DNA from: an uncultured Gemmatimonadota bacterium
GTDB taxonomy: Bacteria; Gemmatimonadota; Gemmatimonadetes; Palauibacterales; Palauibacteraceae
Length of the DNA: 64,000 nt
NCBI GenBank assembly: GCA_964627425.1
Contig: CAZVIY010000001.1
Span: forward strand, 160,128-224,127
Reading direction: 5' to 3'
Shown here piece after piece: positions 10,280-21,761 of this stretch. Both the position numbers and the translations under genes were made by a program. The notes beneath the pieces are model-generated. The model was not told the origin of the DNA, ran no database searches, and saw only the letters and a program-made list of their open reading frames with translations. The first letter of the stretch is position 1, and each line of letters begins with the position of its first letter.

Positions 10280-10819
10280 GTGAGCCAGACCTCGCGGGTC
10301 CTGAACCTGGCCCGGAACCGACGGCCCGTCCGCTCGTTCGCCGACCGGCCGCTCCCGTCCGGGGCGGCCCGGGCCATCCTGGAGGCGGCACGCTACGCTC
10401 CGTCGGCCAGGGAGGCGCAGCCGTGGCGGTTCGTGGCCGTCCGTGAGGCACTCACGCGACATCGGCTGGCCCGGGCGGCGTTCAATCATCCCCACCTCCG
10501 CGAGGCACCGCTGGTCATCGCCTGTTGCGCACGAATCCACTCGCACGTGAGCGGCACGGGCCGGGAGAGCCATCCGGTGGACCTGGCGGCAGCCACCCAG
10601 ACCATGCTGCTCACCGCCGCCGACCTGGGCCTCGCCGCGTCCTGGATCACCGGGTTCCGGGAGGACTCGGTGCGGGAGGCGCTGGAGATCCCCGACGGCC
10701 TCCCGGTGGTGGCCATGCTGGGCGTGGGCTACGCCGACGGCCTGGAGCCGCTGCCGGAGCGGCGGCCCGAGTCGGCGGTCGTCGCCTGGGAGCGCTGGGA
10801 AGGGGAGGGGAGCCCTTGA
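10280..10819 (+). CDS. nitroreductase family protein
   Basis: 179-aa ORF with the RRPVRSF...AARYAPSAREAQPWRF nitroreductase N-terminal signature. Confidence 0.85.
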   Translation: MSQTSRVLNLARNRRPVRSFADRPLPSGAARAILEAARYAPSAREAQPWRFVAVREALTRHRLARAAFNHPHLREAPLVIACCARIHSHVSGTGRESHPVDLAAATQTMLLTAADLGLAASWITGFREDSVREALEIPDGLPVVAMLGVGYADGLEPLPERRPESAVVAWERWEGEGSP

Positions 10820-12309
10820 GGTTCCGTTCGGTCCCCCACCTCGTCCCGCTCGCCGCGCTGTATCTCGGAGCGGTCCTGTGTACCCCTCGCGGGGGCGTGG
10901 CCCAGGACGTCCGGTTCACGCCCCGGGCCGACGAGCCGGTGGAGCGCCGACTGGCGGAGTTCCTGGAACGGGACGGGTACGATCTGGTGGTGGGCGACAC
11001 CGTCCTGGCGGGCTCGGACACCATCCCCCGGGGACTCCTCGTCCTGGAAGGCATGGTCCGCCTCGCCGGCCGGGTGGAGGGCGACGTCTTCGTGGTGGAC
11101 GGCGATCTCTTCCTCCGTCCGGGGGCCGAGATCACCGGGGACGCCGTGGTCCTCGGGGGTGGCTTCTACGGCTCCCAGCTGGCGCGGGTGGACGGTGAGC
11201 TCCTCTACCGACCGAACCTGTTCCTCCAGGTGCTCCCCTCCGAGGGCGGGTGGGAGATCCACGTCACGCGGGAGATACCGGAGACCTTCGATCCCGACGG
11301 GTTCCACGGGATCCGCTTTCCCGAGGTGAATCGGGTGGACGGGTGGACCCCCTCCCTCGGCGCCCGCCTCCGGCTGGTGGAGGTACCGGGCCAGCCCACC
11401 CTCCACGGTGTCCTCTCCTACCGCACGGAGCGGGGAGAGGTCGGGGGACGACTGGAGCACTACTGGCATCCCTCGGGCCAGCTCCGGGCCGGTCTCGAGG
11501 TGGAGCGGGTCACGGCGAGCCGCGACCGGTGGCTCAGGGACGAGCCGTCCAACACCCTGTCCTTCGTCCTCACGGGCCGGGACCACCGGAATCACTACGA
11601 GGCCGACCGCTGGGGGCTCCGGGTGGATCGGCAGGTGGGGAGCGGCGACAGCGTCTCCCTGCGGATCGGCGCCGAGGAGGCCCGAAGCGTTCCCGCACGC
11701 ATGGGCAACGTCCTGCTGGGTTCGGACGTTCTCCGGGCCAACCCGGCGGTGGACGAAGGGACCACCTGGTCGATGGTCGTGGGGGGCGCGGTCCGGGAAG
11801 ACCTGGGGCCGGGCCGGCTCCACGGAGAGATGCGCCTGGAGGCGGCGGATTCCACCGTGGCCGGTGATTTCAGCTTCCTCTCCGCCGCGGGGAGGCTCGG
11901 CTGGAGCGTGCCGCTCCCGTACGACCATCGCTTCTCCGCCGAGTTCCTCGGACGGGGGGACCTGGCGGGGCGCCTCCCGCGGCAGCGCTGGTCCGCCGTG
12001 GGCGGGCCGGGGACCCTCCCCACCTTCCCGGTCCTCTCGCTCAGGGGACCGCGCCTCCTCATGGCCCGGTCCCGGTACGCGCTCCCCATCCCGTTCCTCC
12101 GCGTGCCGCGCCTCGGCGTGCCGGAGATCCACGCGGGCGCCGTGACCGCCGCCGCCTGGGGGCCCGGAGAGTCACCGGTCTTCCGCGAGAACCTCCTCGT
12201 GGGCGTACGGTTCCTGGCCCTGGAGCTGACCGGCTCGGTGGAGCCGTCCACCGGCGACGCCGCCCTGGTGCTGGGCGTCCGGCTGACCGATTGGGCCGGG
12301 GAGCGCTGA
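10816..12309 (+). CDS. secreted hypothetical protein: beta-helix (bactofilin-like repeat) N-domain plus Omp85-like beta-barrel C-domain
   Basis: In-frame TTG 10816 overlaps the nitroreductase stop and is followed by a signal peptide (LVPLAALYLGAVLCTPRGGVAQ). The segment RVEGDVFVVDGDLFLRPGAEITGDAVVLGG is a repeat pattern. The C-terminal part has alternating-hydrophobicity strands and an Omp85-like ...GGPGTLPTFPVLSLRG...YALPIP... segment. Confidence 0.6.
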   Translation: MRFRSVPHLVPLAALYLGAVLCTPRGGVAQDVRFTPRADEPVERRLAEFLERDGYDLVVGDTVLAGSDTIPRGLLVLEGMVRLAGRVEGDVFVVDGDLFLRPGAEITGDAVVLGGGFYGSQLARVDGELLYRPNLFLQVLPSEGGWEIHVTREIPETFDPDGFHGIRFPEVNRVDGWTPSLGARLRLVEVPGQPTLHGVLSYRTERGEVGGRLEHYWHPSGQLRAGLEVERVTASRDRWLRDEPSNTLSFVLTGRDHRNHYEADRWGLRVDRQVGSGDSVSLRIGAEEARSVPARMGNVLLGSDVLRANPAVDEGTTWSMVVGGAVREDLGPGRLHGEMRLEAADSTVAGDFSFLSAAGRLGWSVPLPYDHRFSAEFLGRGDLAGRLPRQRWSAVGGPGTLPTFPVLSLRGPRLLMARSRYALPIPFLRVPRLGVPEIHAGAVTAAAWGPGESPVFRENLLVGVRFLALELTGSVEPSTGDAALVLGVRLTDWAGER

Positions 12310-12310
12310 C

Positions 12311-14798
<2,488 letters not shown>

Positions 14799-14802
14799 GT
14801 CG

Positions 14803-15675
14803 GTGACGGAGCCGGCGGACGCCCTCTCGATCCTCGTCGGAGCCGGGGACGGCCTCTCGGTGGTGGCCGGTCCGTGCGTGCTCGAGGATCGGTCCCTCAA
14901 CCTGACCGTCGCCCGGCACCTCCGGGACGTGACGGAGCGGCTGGGCATCCGCCCGGTGTTCAAGGCCTCCTTCGACAAGGCCAACCGGACGAGCATCGAC
15001 TCGCCGCGGGGACCCGGCCTGCACGACGGAATCAAGGAGCTGGCGGCCGTCCGCGAGGAGACCGGCCTGCCGGTGCTCACCGACGTCCACGAATCGGTGC
15101 AGGTGCCCGAGGTGGCCGGGGCCGTGGACGTCCTCCAGATCCCGGCCTTCCTCTGTCGGCAGACCGACCTCCTCACGGCCGCGGGATCCAGCGGTCGTCC
15201 GGTGAACATCAAGAAGGGCCAGTGGATGGAGCCCTCGGCCATCGCCCACTCGGTGGAGAAGGTCCGCGCCGTCGGGGGGGAGCGGGTCACCGTCACCGAA
15301 CGGGGCACTTCCTTCGGTTACGGCCGATGGGTCGTGGACATGCGGGGCTTCTCGCTGATGCGGGAGGCCGCGGGGTGTCCGGTCCTCTATGACGCCACAC
15401 ATTCCATCCAGCTCCCCGGAGGCGGCGCGGGCCGGAGCGGGGGAGAGCCGAGGTTCATTCCCCCCCTGGCCCGCGCGGCGGTGGCCGCGGGAGCCGACGG
15501 CCTCTACCTGGAGATCCATCCGGATCCGCCCTCGGCGCCGTCGGACGGGGCGAACATGCTCCCCCTGGACCGGCTGGAGCCGCTGCTGGAGGATCTCCTG
15601 GAGGTGAGAGCGGCGTGCCCTCCGCCGGAGGAGGCGCTCCGGCCCGATGCCGTGGGCGGGGGACGGCGACCGTGA
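14803..15675 (+). CDS. kdsA: 3-deoxy-8-phosphooctulonate synthase
   Basis: 290-aa ORF with GPCVLE, FKASFDKANR, LQIPAFLCRQTDL and DATHSIQLPGG. Confidence 0.93.
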   Translation: MTEPADALSILVGAGDGLSVVAGPCVLEDRSLNLTVARHLRDVTERLGIRPVFKASFDKANRTSIDSPRGPGLHDGIKELAAVREETGLPVLTDVHESVQVPEVAGAVDVLQIPAFLCRQTDLLTAAGSSGRPVNIKKGQWMEPSAIAHSVEKVRAVGGERVTVTERGTSFGYGRWVVDMRGFSLMREAAGCPVLYDATHSIQLPGGGAGRSGGEPRFIPPLARAAVAAGADGLYLEIHPDPPSAPSDGANMLPLDRLEPLLEDLLEVRAACPPPEEALRPDAVGGGRRP

Positions 15676-16280
15676 GCCGCTCCGCGGGTGACCCGGACGG
15701 CCCGTCCGCCATGGGGCCCGAACGGGCCGGATCCGTCGAGCTGGTGATCCTCGACGCCGACGGCGTGCTCACCGACGGGGGGATCTACTGGACCGACGCC
15801 CTGGGCGAGGAGCCCGTGGGACTCCGACGGTTCCACGTGCGGGACGGTCTCGGGGTCCACATGCTCCACCGGGACGGGATCGAGGTGATCGTCGTCTCCG
15901 GCAAGGACTCCGAAGCGGTGCGCCGCCGGGCGCGGGAGATCGGCATCGAAGAGGTACACCAGGTGGATCATCGGCGGAAGCTGGTCGTGGTCCAGGAGCT
16001 TCTGGACCGGCGGGACCTGACGTGGTCGCAGGTGGCCTGCCTGACCGACGACCTGGCGGACCTGGGCCTCATGCGGGAGGCCGGCCTCCCGGCTGCCGTG
16101 GCCGACGCGGTGCCGGAGATCCGCGACGCAGCGTCGTGGATCGGCACCCGCCCCGGGGGACACGGTGCCGTGCGGGAGTTCTGCGAGACGCTGCTCCGGG
16201 CCCGGGGATCGTGGGACGAGCTGGTGGACGGATACGAACGGGAGATCACGGAGCCATGGCGACGGCCACGGAAGGGCTAG
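15672..16280 (+). CDS. kdsC: Kdo-8-phosphate phosphatase (HAD superfamily)
   Basis: HAD motif I LVILDADGVLTDG and the motif DDLADLGLM. GTG 15672 overlaps the kdsA stop (GTGA). Confidence 0.85.
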   Translation: MSRSAGDPDGPSAMGPERAGSVELVILDADGVLTDGGIYWTDALGEEPVGLRRFHVRDGLGVHMLHRDGIEVIVVSGKDSEAVRRRAREIGIEEVHQVDHRRKLVVVQELLDRRDLTWSQVACLTDDLADLGLMREAGLPAAVADAVPEIRDAASWIGTRPGGHGAVREFCETLLRARGSWDELVDGYEREITEPWRRPRKG

Positions 16281-17251
16281 ACCGGACCCGGGCCCTGGAG
16301 CGTGCCCGGGAGGTCCTCCGTATCGAGAGCCGGAGCATCGAGGCTCTGGAGGATCGTCTCGGTGACGACTTCCTGGAGGCGGTGGAGCTGCTGCTGGAGG
16401 CCCCGGGCCGGATCGTGGTCACCGGGATCGGCAAGTCGGGGGTGGTGGCCCGCAAGATCGCCTCGACCCTGGCCTCCACGGGGACGCCGGCCCTCTTCCT
16501 CCACCCGGCCGAGGGGATGCACGGGGACGTCGGGGTCCTGGTCCGGGGCGACGTGCTCCTGGCGGTCTCCAAGAGCGGCGAATCGCGCGAGCTGGCCGAT
16601 CTCCTCCCCTCGGTCCGCCGCCTGGAGATCCCGGTCGTCGCCCTGACCGGCACCCCTGCCTCGGAGCTGGGGCGGGCGGCCACCGTGGTCCTCGACGTGA
16701 GCGTCGACGTGGAGGCCTGTCCCCACGACCTGGCCCCCACCTCCAGCACCACCGCCGCCCTGGCCCTGGGCGACGCCCTGGCCATGGTCCTCCTGGACAC
16801 CCGGGACTTCGGTCCCCGCGACTTCGCCCGGCTCCATCCCGGCGGGACGTTGGGGCGACGCCTCCTCTGGGAGGTGGAGGACGTGATGCTGGAAGCCGGC
16901 GAGGACGAGGTCCCCGCCGTGGCGCCCGAGGACACCCTGGCCGACGCCATGCACGAGATCGCCTTTCGCAGGGGCACCGTACCCGTCCTGGACGATCGGG
17001 ACGCCGTCCTCGGCGTGATCACGGCGGGAGACCTGACACGCTACGCCGAGGAGCACCCCGATTTCCTGGGGCGGCCCGTGCGGGAGGCGATGAACCCCTC
17101 GCCCGTGGTCACCGAATCCCACGCCCTGGCCGTTGACGCCCTGGACCGGATGCGGGAGCACGGGATCATGGCGCTCCCCGTGGTGGATGGCGAGGGACGG
17201 CTGACGGGGATCGTCCACCTCCACGACCTCCTGGAAGCGGGCGTCGGATGA
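16256..17251 (+). CDS. kdsD: arabinose-5-phosphate isomerase (SIS domain plus tandem CBS domains)
   Basis: SIS motif VVTGIGKSGVVARKIASTLASTG and C-terminal CBS pairs. ATG 16256 overlaps the kdsC 3' end by 25 nt. Confidence 0.9.
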   Translation: MATATEGLDRTRALERAREVLRIESRSIEALEDRLGDDFLEAVELLLEAPGRIVVTGIGKSGVVARKIASTLASTGTPALFLHPAEGMHGDVGVLVRGDVLLAVSKSGESRELADLLPSVRRLEIPVVALTGTPASELGRAATVVLDVSVDVEACPHDLAPTSSTTAALALGDALAMVLLDTRDFGPRDFARLHPGGTLGRRLLWEVEDVMLEAGEDEVPAVAPEDTLADAMHEIAFRRGTVPVLDDRDAVLGVITAGDLTRYAEEHPDFLGRPVREAMNPSPVVTESHALAVDALDRMREHGIMALPVVDGEGRLTGIVHLHDLLEAGVG

Positions 17252-17799
17252 GGGGGGAGGCGCCGGGATGGCCGCTCGTCCTCCTCGCGGTGGTCCTCCT
17301 CACGGCCGGGTGCGGGGACGGCGAGGAGGTCGAGGTGGCGGGGCCCGAGCTCCTCCAGATCGGGGCCAGCCAGGTGATGGTGGACGTGGAGACGTACGTC
17401 ACACGCGAGGGCCTTCGGCGAGCCCACCTGGTCGCCGACACGGCCTTCTTCCTGGAAGGGGAGTCCGGCGTGAACCTCCGGCGCGTGCAGGTGGACTTCT
17501 TCGCCGACCAGGGGTTCCGATCGTCCCGACTCACCGCCCGCCGGGGCTGGTACGAGATGCAGTCCGGCGACATGCGGACCGAGGGAGACGTGGTGGTGAT
17601 CGACTCGGCGAGCGGTCGCCGCCTCGAGACCCCCCGCCTGGAATACCGGGCCGGTCGCGACGAGCTCAGGAGCGACACCGTCTTCGTCCTCTACCGCGGA
17701 AACGAGGTGATCCGGGGGGAGAGCTTCATCACCGACCCGTCCCTCAGCGAGATCCGCACGTCGAGCCCGTCGGGCGAGTCCCGCCCGTCGGGGGGCTGA
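17248..17799 (+). CDS. lptC: LptC-like LPS export protein (lipoprotein-type signal, LTAGC)
   Basis: 183-aa ORF with a lipobox LLTAGCG and an LptC/OstA-like beta-jellyroll pattern. It sits in the conserved position between kdsD and lptA. An ATGA overlap joins it to kdsD. Confidence 0.7.
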   Translation: MRGEAPGWPLVLLAVVLLTAGCGDGEEVEVAGPELLQIGASQVMVDVETYVTREGLRRAHLVADTAFFLEGESGVNLRRVQVDFFADQGFRSSRLTARRGWYEMQSGDMRTEGDVVVIDSASGRRLETPRLEYRAGRDELRSDTVFVLYRGNEVIRGESFITDPSLSEIRTSSPSGESRPSGG

Positions 17800-17808
17800 G
17801 ACCCGCCG

Positions 17809-19392
17809 GTGCACGATCCCCGCGACCGTGGGCCGCACGGCCCTCGACATATCCGGCTCCTGCGGTACGGGAGGGCGCCGGGATCCCGGTCCCGGATCCT
17901 CCTGCTCCTCCTCGGGGCGTGCGCGATCCTCGCGGCCACCGCCGAGGCGCGGGCGCAGGAGGAGGACCAGGAGGCCGGGGGGGAGCCCTCGTGTGTCCTG
18001 CGGTGGGCCTCCCTCACCGATTCCACCACCAGCCGGAGCGTGGAGATCGACCCGGACCGATACCGGCATCACGTATGGCACGGGATGAGGTGGACGTGCG
18101 GTGATGCGGTGATGACCGCCGACAGCGCCGTCCAGTTTCCCGGGGATCGCGTGGAGATGGTGGGTTCGGTGACCTACCGGGACAGCGTCCGCACGCTGGA
18201 CGCACGGCAGCTCACCTACCACCAGACGACGGATCTCATCGAGGCCCGGGATTCGGTCCGCCTGGTCCGAACCGCCACCGGCTCCACCCTCGAGGCTCCC
18301 CGGGTGGACTTCTATCGCGCGGGGAACCGGGAGATCCGCCAGACGGTGGCCGAGGGAGGAACGCGCATGCACGTGGTCCCTCCCGGGGAGGAGGAAGGTG
18401 AGGGATCCGGCCGTCCCTACCGGATCACCGCAGACCGGACCGTCATCCTCCCGGACGACGAGACCGTCGCCGTCGGTGACGTGATCATCACCCGGGAGGA
18501 TCTCCGTGGCACCGGCGGCTACGGCCGCTTCGACCCCGACGGCACGGGTCTCCTCACCGAGGACCCGGTGCTCCGGGGCGAGGACTACCGTCTCACCGGG
18601 GACACGGTCTACACCACCTCGGCCGAGGGACGCATGGAGGAGGTCCGGTCGGTGGGGGCGGCACATCTGGAGAGCGGCGGGCTGGACGTGCGAGGGCCGG
18701 AGATCCGGATTGGCTTCAGCGAGGGGACGGTGAGGGATCTATGGGCCTACGGCGGCGGTGCCAGGAGCCGATCGGCGTCCCGGGTCATGCTCGGGGACTC
18801 CCTCCACATCGTCTTCGGCGAGGGCCGCCCCGATTCGGCCACGGCGGTGGGGCGGGCCGCGGCGCTGGAGCTGGAAGCCGACGAGGAGCTCCCCGTGGAC
18901 ACGGCGGCGGCCGACGAGGAGGAGGACCCGGCGGCGGAGCCCGGGGAAGGGGACGAACCCTCCCTCTTCACGGTGGACCGGGACTGGATCCGGGGCGACA
19001 CCGTCCGAGCCCGCTTCGCCCCGGCCGGCGATACCGCCACGGGCGAACCCGACGCGGACGAACCCGACGCGGAGGTCACGCTCCGGAGCCTGACGGCCCT
19101 GGGAGGGGCCCGGGCCTACTACCGCATCAGCCGGGATACGACCTCGGACCGCCGGGGCCGGAACTACCTGCTGGGACGGGAGATCGTCGTGGAGTTCCGG
19201 GAGGGTGACCCCTACCGGGTGAGGGGCCTCCAGGCCATCGGCGTGTACCTGGAGCCCGCCGGACCGGGAGCGGCCAGCAGCCCGGGCCGCCTCCCCCCCG
19301 CTGATACCGGGGCGGCGGCCCCTCCGCCGGACACCGCCGTCGCCCGGGACACGACGCTCTCCTCTCAGCCGCCCCCGGGGGAGACGAGATGA
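17809..19392 (+). CDS. lptA: OstA/LptA-family periplasmic protein, unusually long (527 aa)
   Basis: Signal peptide [21 protein letters not shown], several OstA-like segments, and acidic and Pro/Ala-rich insertions. It lies between lptC and lptB. The GTG 17809 start is uncertain. Confidence 0.65.
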   Translation: MHDPRDRGPHGPRHIRLLRYGRAPGSRSRILLLLLGACAILAATAEARAQEEDQEAGGEPSCVLRWASLTDSTTSRSVEIDPDRYRHHVWHGMRWTCGDAVMTADSAVQFPGDRVEMVGSVTYRDSVRTLDARQLTYHQTTDLIEARDSVRLVRTATGSTLEAPRVDFYRAGNREIRQTVAEGGTRMHVVPPGEEEGEGSGRPYRITADRTVILPDDETVAVGDVIITREDLRGTGGYGRFDPDGTGLLTEDPVLRGEDYRLTGDTVYTTSAEGRMEEVRSVGAAHLESGGLDVRGPEIRIGFSEGTVRDLWAYGGGARSRSASRVMLGDSLHIVFGEGRPDSATAVGRAAALELEADEELPVDTAAADEEEDPAAEPGEGDEPSLFTVDRDWIRGDTVRARFAPAGDTATGEPDADEPDAEVTLRSLTALGGARAYYRISRDTTSDRRGRNYLLGREIVVEFREGDPYRVRGLQAIGVYLEPAGPGAASSPGRLPPADTGAAAPPPDTAVARDTTLSSQPPPGETR

Positions 19393-20126
19393 GCGCCGAC
19401 GGCGGCTCCGTCCTCCAGGCCGAGGGCCTGGTCAAGTCCTTCGGCGGGCGGAGGGTGGTGGACGAGGTCGATCTCGCGCTCCGTCAGGGAGAGATCGTGG
19501 GACTCCTCGGGCCCAACGGGGCGGGGAAGACCACCACCTTCTACATGATCGTGGGACTCCTCCTCCCCGACGAGGGCCGGGTCTTTCTGGACGACCGCGA
19601 CCTGACCAGGATCCCCATGTACCAGCGAGCCCGCGCGGGCATCGGGTACCTCTCCCAGGAACCGTCCGTCTTCAGGAAGTTGACCGTGGAAGAGAACGTC
19701 ATGGCCATCCTGGAGACCCTGGACCTCTCCGACCGGGAGAGGGAGGAACGCCTGGAACGCCTCCTCGACGAACTCTCCATCAAGCACCTCCGGGACCACA
19801 AGGCCTACTCGCTCTCCGGGGGGGAGCGGCGGCGCCTGGAGATCACGCGTGCCCTCGTGACGGACCCCAAATTCATGCTCCTGGACGAGCCTTTCGCCGG
19901 GGTGGATCCCATCGCCGTCGACGACATCCAGCGCATCGTGGCGAGCCTGCGGGAGCGGGGGATCGGCGTCCTGATCACCGACCACAACGTGCGGGAGACG
20001 CTCTCCATCACCGATCGGGCGTATCTTCTCTTCGACGGCCGGATCCACATCGAGGGCCCGGCCGAGACGCTGGTGAACGACCCGGACGCGCGCCGGCTCT
20101 ACCTGGGAGCCGACTTCCGGCTCTGA
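19389..20126 (+). CDS. lptB: LPS export ABC transporter ATP-binding protein
   Basis: Walker [10 protein letters not shown], signature [11 protein letters not shown] and Walker [13 protein letters not shown] overlap with lptA. rpoN is downstream. Confidence 0.93.
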   Translation: MSADGGSVLQAEGLVKSFGGRRVVDEVDLALRQGEIVGLLGPNGAGKTTTFYMIVGLLLPDEGRVFLDDRDLTRIPMYQRARAGIGYLSQEPSVFRKLTVEENVMAILETLDLSDREREERLERLLDELSIKHLRDHKAYSLSGGERRRLEITRALVTDPKFMLLDEPFAGVDPIAVDDIQRIVASLRERGIGVLITDHNVRETLSITDRAYLLFDGRIHIEGPAETLVNDPDARRLYLGADFRL

Positions 20127-20221
20127 GTCACCGGGGAGGGCCCCCTCCTGTTCCCCCTGCCGGCCCGATGGGAACCCCCTCCCGGTCCGGACCGCCAGGA
20201 CCGGGGAACGGTACGATCACC

Positions 20222-20237
20222 TGGCACAAGCCTTGCT
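20222..20237 (+). promoter_or_regulatory. sigma54 (-24/-12) promoter TGGCAC-N5-TTGCT upstream of rpoN
   Basis: The sequence cCTGGCACaagccTTGCTa is an exact match to TGGCAC-N5-TTGCW. It is intergenic, on the + strand, about 90 nt upstream of the rpoN ATG. Confidence 0.7.
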
Positions 20238-20327
20238 AGGAGCCCGCGTCTCTCCTAGGTTGTACCGGACATGTGGCATCTTCGGGGGCCGGTTCGCCGG
20301 CCTCACCTCCAATCCGACCACGAGCCG

Positions 20328-21761
20328 ATGGCCGAACTGAAGAGCGGTCTCTCCCAGAAGGTCGAGACCAAGCAGGAGATGAAGGTCAATCCTCGCCTGT
20401 ACCAGGCGATGGATCTCCTGTACATGCCGCTCATGGACCTCCGCCAGCACCTGAAACAGGAGCTGGTCTCCAATCCCTTCCTGGACCTCGTCGAGCTGGG
20501 CGAGGAGGACGACGTCCTGGAGGAGGAGGAACTGGAGGAGGAGGAGATCGACTGGGAGGAGATCCTCCTGAACGGCTTCGACGCCGGAGGACGGAAGCAG
20601 GAGTACGAGGAGAAGGAGTTCTATCGCCCCACACCCCGGGCCACGTCGGACCTGTGGGATCACCTCCGGGACCAGCTGAAGCTCCTGCGGACCACCCCCC
20701 GCCAGACCCTCCTGGGCGAGGAGATCATCGGCAACATCGATCGGGAGGGATTCCTCACCTGCTCCCTGGAGGAGGTGGTGGAGGCGGCCAACGAATTCCT
20801 GGAGGAGACGGAGAACGAGGCGTGGGAGGAGACCGAGCCGTTCTCCCTCGCCGAGGCCGAGCGGATGCTCGAGGTCATCCAGGACTTCGAGCCCAGCGGC
20901 ATCGGGGCCCGGGACCTGCGGGAATGCATCCTCATCCAGCTCCGTGACCGGGGGGAGACGGACAGCCTCACCTATCGGATCGTCCGCGACGACTTCGAGG
21001 AGCTGGTCAACCACCGCTGGAGCGAGATCTCCAAGACGTACGGGATCTCGGCGAAGGAGGTCCAGGAGGCGGCCGATTCCATCTCACGGCTGGATCCGAA
21101 GCCGGGGCTGAAGTACTCGGACGAGGACGACGAGTACGTGATCCCGGACCTCATCGTGGAGAAGATCGACGGCGACTACTACACCTTCCACAACGACTCC
21201 AGCCTCCCCCGTCTGAAGCTCTCCAAGAGCTACCGCGAGGTGGCCAAGAACAAGGGGCAGTTCTCCGGGGAGAACAAGGCCTTCATCTCCAAGAAGCTCA
21301 ACAGCGCCCAGTGGATGATCCAGGCCATCGAGCAGCGGCGTCAGACCATGCTCAAGGTCATGAACTTCATCGTGGACCGCCAGCGTGACTTCTTCGAGAA
21401 GGGGGTCGAGCACCTGAAGCCCCTGACCCTCCGGGAGGTGGCCGAGCACATCGACATGCACGAGTCCACGGTCTCCCGGGTGACCAACGACAAGTACTGC
21501 CAGACGCCCCGGGGGGTGCTCCCGCTCAAGTTCTTCTTCTCCAGCGGGCTCTCCACCGACTCCGGCGGCGAGGTCTCCGCCCGGGGCGTCCGGGCCAAGA
21601 TCGAGCAGATCGTGGAGGACGAGGATTCCCACGATCCGCATACCGACCAGGAGATCGTGGACATCCTGAACGAAGAGGGGATCCAGATCGCCCGACGGAC
21701 CGTCGCCAAGTACCGCGACCAGCTCGGGATCCTCTCGGCCAGGATGCGCAAGCGGGTATGA
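20328..21761 (+). CDS. rpoN: RNA polymerase sigma-54 factor
   Basis: Region I MAELKSGLSQKVETKQEMKVNPRLYQAMDLL, an acidic region II, the HTH, and the RpoN box ARRTVAKYRDQLGI. ATG 20328 is chosen over the upstream ATG 20271 by N-terminal conservation. Confidence 0.93.
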   Translation: MAELKSGLSQKVETKQEMKVNPRLYQAMDLLYMPLMDLRQHLKQELVSNPFLDLVELGEEDDVLEEEELEEEEIDWEEILLNGFDAGGRKQEYEEKEFYRPTPRATSDLWDHLRDQLKLLRTTPRQTLLGEEIIGNIDREGFLTCSLEEVVEAANEFLEETENEAWEETEPFSLAEAERMLEVIQDFEPSGIGARDLRECILIQLRDRGETDSLTYRIVRDDFEELVNHRWSEISKTYGISAKEVQEAADSISRLDPKPGLKYSDEDDEYVIPDLIVEKIDGDYYTFHNDSSLPRLKLSKSYREVAKNKGQFSGENKAFISKKLNSAQWMIQAIEQRRQTMLKVMNFIVDRQRDFFEKGVEHLKPLTLREVAEHIDMHESTVSRVTNDKYCQTPRGVLPLKFFFSSGLSTDSGGEVSARGVRAKIEQIVEDEDSHDPHTDQEIVDILNEEGIQIARRTVAKYRDQLGILSARMRKRV

